A stretch of 64,000 nt of DNA from a bacterium (GTDB lineage Bacteria; UBA8248; JACPRG01; G963555815). The notes beneath the pieces are model-generated. The model had not been told where the DNA came from. It did no database searches and was given only the letters and a program-made list of their open reading frames with translations. The DNA lies in the NCBI GenBank assembly GCA_965249615.1, contig CBDFMI010000006.1, forward strand, positions 444,132 to 508,131, in the 5' to 3' direction. This document shows, piece by piece, positions 58,349 to 64,000 of this stretch. The first letter of the stretch is position 1. The number at the start of each line of letters is the position of its first letter. Position numbers and translations under genes: made by a program.

Positions 58349-58421
58349 TCCCCGGGGGCTCTTGGGTCTTCGCGCCCCCGGCGGCCCGGGAAATACCGCC
58401 TCTTCCCCGCTAAGGACTGCC

Positions 58422-61181
58422 ATGTGGCGCGCCAGACGCAAGCCACGCTGGGGACGGCGACTGGCCGCCGCCTTTGGGCTGCTGGTTGTTCTCCTAGTCG
58501 TCCTTCTTTTTGCCCTTCCCGTTATCCTCCGCTTGGATGCCCTGCGTAACCGAATCGTTCAGGAGTTGAGCCAACAGCTTGCGCGACCGGTGAACGCCGA
58601 GGCTATGCGGTTCAGGATCTTCCCCTCCGCCCGGTTGGAACTGGAGGGGGTGAGCCTCCTGGACCCACCCGACTTCGGCGGCCAACCGGCCCTGACAGCA
58701 CGAAGCCTAGGCGCCCACCTTCGGCTCTTTCCTTTATTGCAACGTCGGCTGGAGATCACAAGCATCGATCTGAGGAAGCCGGTGATCACCCTTCGCCGCG
58801 TTCCGGGTGGGGGGTACAACCTTTTCGGGCCGGCCCCCGCAGGGGAAGAGGTGCCGCCTGGGGGAGGGGAGGAGTCGCCTCCCGCCGGACCCGGCCTCAC
58901 TCCCACCGAACCCGAGTCCCCCCTAGTCTCGCCTCTGGCGGGCCTCCTGATTGCCCGCCTCGGAGTGCGCGATGGGGAATTTCGCCTGGAGCCCGAGATC
59001 GGGAGGACTGAGGCCTTCGCGCTCAAGGGGGTTGATATTGACTTCAGCCAGCCAGCCTTGGGTTCAACGGTAGAGTTCCGCATGAGGGTCCGAGAGCCAA
59101 ACCTCCAATTCACCGCTGAGGCAGGGCCCTTTGAGGACTTTTCGACCTTCCCCACGACCTTCCCCGCGGAGGGAGAACTTCAAATCGGGGGGTTGAGTGT
59201 CGAGACCCTTCAGCCCCTCCTCGCGCGGACCTTTCGAAGGGCCCCCTTTGTCCCGACGGCGGGGAAGGTGGAAGGTGCCCTGCGCTTTATGGGAAACCCC
59301 TCTGAGACCCTTACCCTCCAGGGAGAGCTCTTTCTCTCCGGCCTCCAAGCCTCTTTCCTGGGGAAGCCGGTTCAACAGGCAAGGGGCGAAGAGTTCCGCA
59401 TCCTTCCCAGAATAGAGCTTCAAATTTCGGAGAGTCCAAGCTTGAACGCCGAGGTAGACCTCTTTCCCAAGGCGGGCCGGTTGAAGCTCAGGGCCAAGGC
59501 CGAGGGTATTCACAGAAGCAGCCATTGGCAGGGGTCTCTGGATGGCCCGCAACTTATTCTGACCGAGCTCCTCCCCCTCCTTAAAGCCCTTGCGAGTCCT
59601 TCTTTGGATTCCCTCGAGGCGGATGGGTTCTCCTCTCTGAAGGCCTCCTTTGAGCGCTCGCAGACGGTCTCTACCTTTCACCTGGAGTGGGACGCCCTGG
59701 CGTCGGAGATCCGGTTCGGAGACTTTTTTGGAAAGGGCCGCGGAGTTCCCATGCGCCTTACGGCCGACGCCGTGCGAAAGGAGAACAGCCTGGAGGTCAA
59801 CCCGTTGAGGCTAAAGCTTCGACAGCTGGAGCTCGAGGGATCGCTGATCGCCGAAGCTTTTGGGTCGGGCCCATTACGCCTCAATGCCTCTTCGGGGAAT
59901 TTCCCCCTGGAGGGCCTCGATGAGCTGGTGCCGTTGCTCAAGGCCTATGCCCCGGCGGGCGAGGCCCGGCTGACGATTGCCGCCGTGGGTACCGCCGAAG
60001 AGATTGCCTCGGGAAGGCATCAGGCGGAGATCCTTCTGGAAAAGGCCGCCTTCAGTCTCCCGGGGTTCCCACACCGGGTCAGGGACCTGGAGGGGTTGAT
60101 CCTCGCATCCCTCGGATCTCTTCAACTCTCTGGACTGAAGGCGCTGATCGGGGAATCGGCCCTTGAGATCGAGGCCCAGCTGACGGATTGGAATTCGCCC
60201 CGACTGACTTTCGACGTGCGGGCCCCGCGATTCATCCTGGATGATCTTTTGCCGCCTAAGGGACCCCCCAGGGCGGTTTCGCGCCCTCCCCTCATCCAAA
60301 AGGCCGCCTGGTCTCTCTTCGCGCAGGCCCCGGAAGAAGTCCAGGAGCAGTCCTCCAAATCTTTTCCTCTACTGGCTCGGGCGGAGGCTGAGGGTTCCAT
60401 CCAGGTAGATGAGGGCGCAGCCTTTGGGACAATCTTCCAGAACCTCAAGTCCTCCGTTCAGCTTTCTGAAGGGGTGCTTCGGGCCGACGGGCTGAGGGCG
60501 GAGATCTACGGAGGGACCCTAGAGGGAGAGGGGGAGATGGAAGTGGGAGTTGACCGCCCCGCCTACAAGGCCCGAATTCAAGTTGACGACGCCCGGGTCG
60601 AGGCGCTTCTCGCAGCCTTCGGTGCCTCCAAGGCGCCTCTCGCGGGGCAATTTCGTCTCCAGGGAGATTTCGAGGGCCTGGGTTTCGGCAAAGAGGACAT
60701 AACGAACGGGCTTTCGGGCATGGGAGAGATCTCCCTGACTGATGGGGAGCTCTCCGGCGTTGGATTCCTGGAAGAATTGGAGGCGCTCCTCCAGGTGTCC
60801 GGCCTCTTCTCTGAAGAGGCCGGAAGGATTCGCTTTCGTTCACTTCAAGGCCCCTTCCATTTGGAAGAGGGGCGGCTTTCCTTGCCGGATATCGAGCTCG
60901 TGGCGGACAAGGTGACTCTCCGTGGCGAGGGCCACGTCGGCCTGGACGGGACAGTGGACCTTGAAGTGAGGGCCCTTTTCTCCGACTCGATGAGCCGTCG
61001 GCTCATCCGGGGGATACTGGGGCCCTTGTTCCCGGAGGGAGAGCGGGTCGAGGTGCCTTTCCGGGTGAAAGGCCCCCTTGACTCTCCTGCTGTGCGCCTG
61101 GACCCGGACTTCCTGAAAGAGCGTCTGGGGGAAGACCCCACGCGGGTGCTGGGTGACGTCCTGAAGAGGCTCCTTCGTTGA
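58422..61181 (+). CDS. AsmA-family outer-membrane biogenesis protein
   Basis: Single N-terminal TM then ~900-aa beta-rich region; the N-terminal segment LDALRNRIVQELSQQLARPV resembles AsmA. Confidence 0.7.
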   Translation: MWRARRKPRWGRRLAAAFGLLVVLLVVLLFALPVILRLDALRNRIVQELSQQLARPVNAEAMRFRIFPSARLELEGVSLLDPPDFGGQPALTARSLGAHLRLFPLLQRRLEITSIDLRKPVITLRRVPGGGYNLFGPAPAGEEVPPGGGEESPPAGPGLTPTEPESPLVSPLAGLLIARLGVRDGEFRLEPEIGRTEAFALKGVDIDFSQPALGSTVEFRMRVREPNLQFTAEAGPFEDFSTFPTTFPAEGELQIGGLSVETLQPLLARTFRRAPFVPTAGKVEGALRFMGNPSETLTLQGELFLSGLQASFLGKPVQQARGEEFRILPRIELQISESPSLNAEVDLFPKAGRLKLRAKAEGIHRSSHWQGSLDGPQLILTELLPLLKALASPSLDSLEADGFSSLKASFERSQTVSTFHLEWDALASEIRFGDFFGKGRGVPMRLTADAVRKENSLEVNPLRLKLRQLELEGSLIAEAFGSGPLRLNASSGNFPLEGLDELVPLLKAYAPAGEARLTIAAVGTAEEIASGRHQAEILLEKAAFSLPGFPHRVRDLEGLILASLGSLQLSGLKALIGESALEIEAQLTDWNSPRLTFDVRAPRFILDDLLPPKGPPRAVSRPPLIQKAAWSLFAQAPEEVQEQSSKSFPLLARAEAEGSIQVDEGAAFGTIFQNLKSSVQLSEGVLRADGLRAEIYGGTLEGEGEMEVGVDRPAYKARIQVDDARVEALLAAFGASKAPLAGQFRLQGDFEGLGFGKEDITNGLSGMGEISLTDGELSGVGFLEELEALLQVSGLFSEEAGRIRFRSLQGPFHLEEGRLSLPDIELVADKVTLRGEGHVGLDGTVDLEVRALFSDSMSRRLIRGILGPLFPEGERVEVPFRVKGPLDSPAVRLDPDFLKERLGEDPTRVLGDVLKRLLR

Positions 61182-61194
61182 GAACGAGATCTTT

Positions 61195-62424
61195 TTGGAG
61201 GGGTGGCTGAGAGTGACTCAGATCAAGCTCCCCGACGCCTTGGTGGTTAGCCAGACGTCCAAGATCGTCTTTCTCATCCTGGACGGGCTTGGGGACCTCC
61301 CCGATGGGCCTTCCGCGAAGACCCCTCTTGAGGCCGCCTGGACGCCGCACCTGGACGACCTTTGCGCCGCTGGTGTCTGCGGTCTCCTGGACCCTGTCTC
61401 ACCCGGTATCACACCCGGGAGCGGACCGGGCCATCTCGCCCTCTTTGGCTACGATCCGCTGGCTCATCAGGTGGGCCGGGGGGTCCTCTCCGCCCTGGGT
61501 CTTGATTTTCGTCTGGGGCCGGGGGATCTGGCCGCTCGCATGAATTTTGCGACGCTGGATAAGGCCGGAAATATCACGGACCGACGTGCCGGACGGATCG
61601 ACGACGACTTGAACCGGCGTCTGACCGACCTCCTCAACCAGGGAATCAAATTGGGAGAGGGGGTGCAGTGCTTTGTCCAGACGGAGAGGGAGCATCGGGC
61701 CCTGGTGGTCATTCGGGGGGATGGCCTCTCGGCCGAGGTGTCGGACACTGATCCCCAAAGGACCGGGGTGCCGCCCAGCCCCGCCCGGGCTAGCGGTTCC
61801 TCCGGGACCCGTTCGGCGGAGCTCGTCAACGCCTTTGTGGCCCAGGCAACTGAGCTCCTGCGGGAGCAACCCCGGGCGAACGGAGTCCTTTTGCGGGGGT
61901 TCGACACGCTGAGGCAGCTTCCCTCTATGAAGGAGAGATATGACCTTCGCTGCCTTGCCATCGCGGGATATCCCATGTACCGGGGCCTCGCCCGCCTGGT
62001 GGGCATGGAGGCTCACCCCGGTTCGTCAGACCTTGAGGAACAGATAAAAATTCTGGCTCAGAATTTTAAGGCCTTTGATTTCTTCTATCTCCACGTCAAG
62101 GCCACCGACCTCTTTGGAGAGGACGGAAATTTTGAAGGAAAGAGGCAAGCCATTGAAGCAGTAGATCGGGTGGTTCCACAGATTGTCGATCTCCGCCCAG
62201 ACGTCCTCGTCGTGACCGGGGACCACTCGACCCCGGCCTCCATGCGGGCTCATAGCTGGCACCCGGTCCCCGTCCTGCTCTGGGCAGCGAGATGCCGGCC
62301 CGATGAACTAAAGACCTTTGGAGAGCGGGCCTGTCTTCGGGGGGGGCTTGGCCGCCAACTCATGCGCCATCTCATGGCCCTTGCCCTCGCCCACGGGGGC
62401 CGCTTGGCCAAGTATGGGGCCTGA
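61195..62424 (+). CDS. apgM: 2,3-bisphosphoglycerate-independent phosphoglycerate mutase, archaeal type
   Basis: KIVFLILDGLGD...VVTGDHSTPASMRAHSWHPVPVLLW metalloenzyme motifs. Confidence 0.8.
   Translation: MEGWLRVTQIKLPDALVVSQTSKIVFLILDGLGDLPDGPSAKTPLEAAWTPHLDDLCAAGVCGLLDPVSPGITPGSGPGHLALFGYDPLAHQVGRGVLSALGLDFRLGPGDLAARMNFATLDKAGNITDRRAGRIDDDLNRRLTDLLNQGIKLGEGVQCFVQTEREHRALVVIRGDGLSAEVSDTDPQRTGVPPSPARASGSSGTRSAELVNAFVAQATELLREQPRANGVLLRGFDTLRQLPSMKERYDLRCLAIAGYPMYRGLARLVGMEAHPGSSDLEEQIKILAQNFKAFDFFYLHVKATDLFGEDGNFEGKRQAIEAVDRVVPQIVDLRPDVLVVTGDHSTPASMRAHSWHPVPVLLWAARCRPDELKTFGERACLRGGLGRQLMRHLMALALAHGGRLAKYGA

Positions 62425-64000
<1,576 letters not shown>

Overview
This is a high-GC bacterial chromosomal segment. 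I called roughly 60 protein-coding genes and found no rRNA, tRNA, CRISPR array or transposase. The housekeeping content includes a class-V fructose-1,6-bisphosphate aldolase/phosphatase, an archaeal-type ApgM, gcvH, a cold-shock gene, mreB, dnaN, acpS, pyk and ligA. This mix is compatible with a Nitrospirota/Thermodesulfobacteriota-like anaerobe, but that cannot be shown from this window. The main blocks are as follows. (i) 29-7525: a CsgG-like lipoprotein, a solute-binding protein, formamidase, cspA (minus strand), two membrane proteins, FBP aldolase/phosphatase and gcvH. (ii) 7674-21850: an accessory-looking envelope-modification cluster. It holds two tandem membrane-anchored sulfatase-like paralogs, the second broken by an in-frame TAA. 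Next comes a translationally coupled operon of alkaline-phosphatase-family enzyme, flippase-like protein, alkaline-phosphatase-family enzyme, family-4 glycosyltransferase and a third alkaline-phosphatase-family enzyme. A convergent sat-cysC pair (PAPS synthesis) closes the cluster. Five proteins from three unrelated families in this block end in the same C-terminal tail, RL[KR]xLGY[VIL][ED]. (iii) 22046-33602, minus strand: a tandem-fused ThyX and a 10-gene nuoABCDHJKLMN operon without nuoE, F, G or I. NuoC carries a repeat-generated N-terminal extension. (iv) 34268-38040: a SAM methyltransferase, a candidate DsbA-like selenoprotein with an in-frame TGA in a C-x-x-U motif, a low-GC SDR gene, and an aminotransferase on the minus strand. 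(v) 38231-53285: a pentapeptide-repeat membrane protein (minus strand), an AbrB-like protein, MltD-like transglycosylase, dnaN, acpS (minus strand), a GAF/degenerate-GGDEF protein, mreB, cvpA, an eIF-2B-family protein, an epimerase, pyk (minus strand), and a disrupted M28 peptidase. (vi) 53348-64000: tolQ-tolR-tolA-tolB-pal-cpoB, asmA, apgM, and ligA running off the window. The strongest leads are the shared C-terminal tail across the sulfatase, alkaline-phosphatase-family and APS-kinase cluster, the DsbA-like selenoprotein candidate, and a near-identical promoter-like element found at two distant loci.
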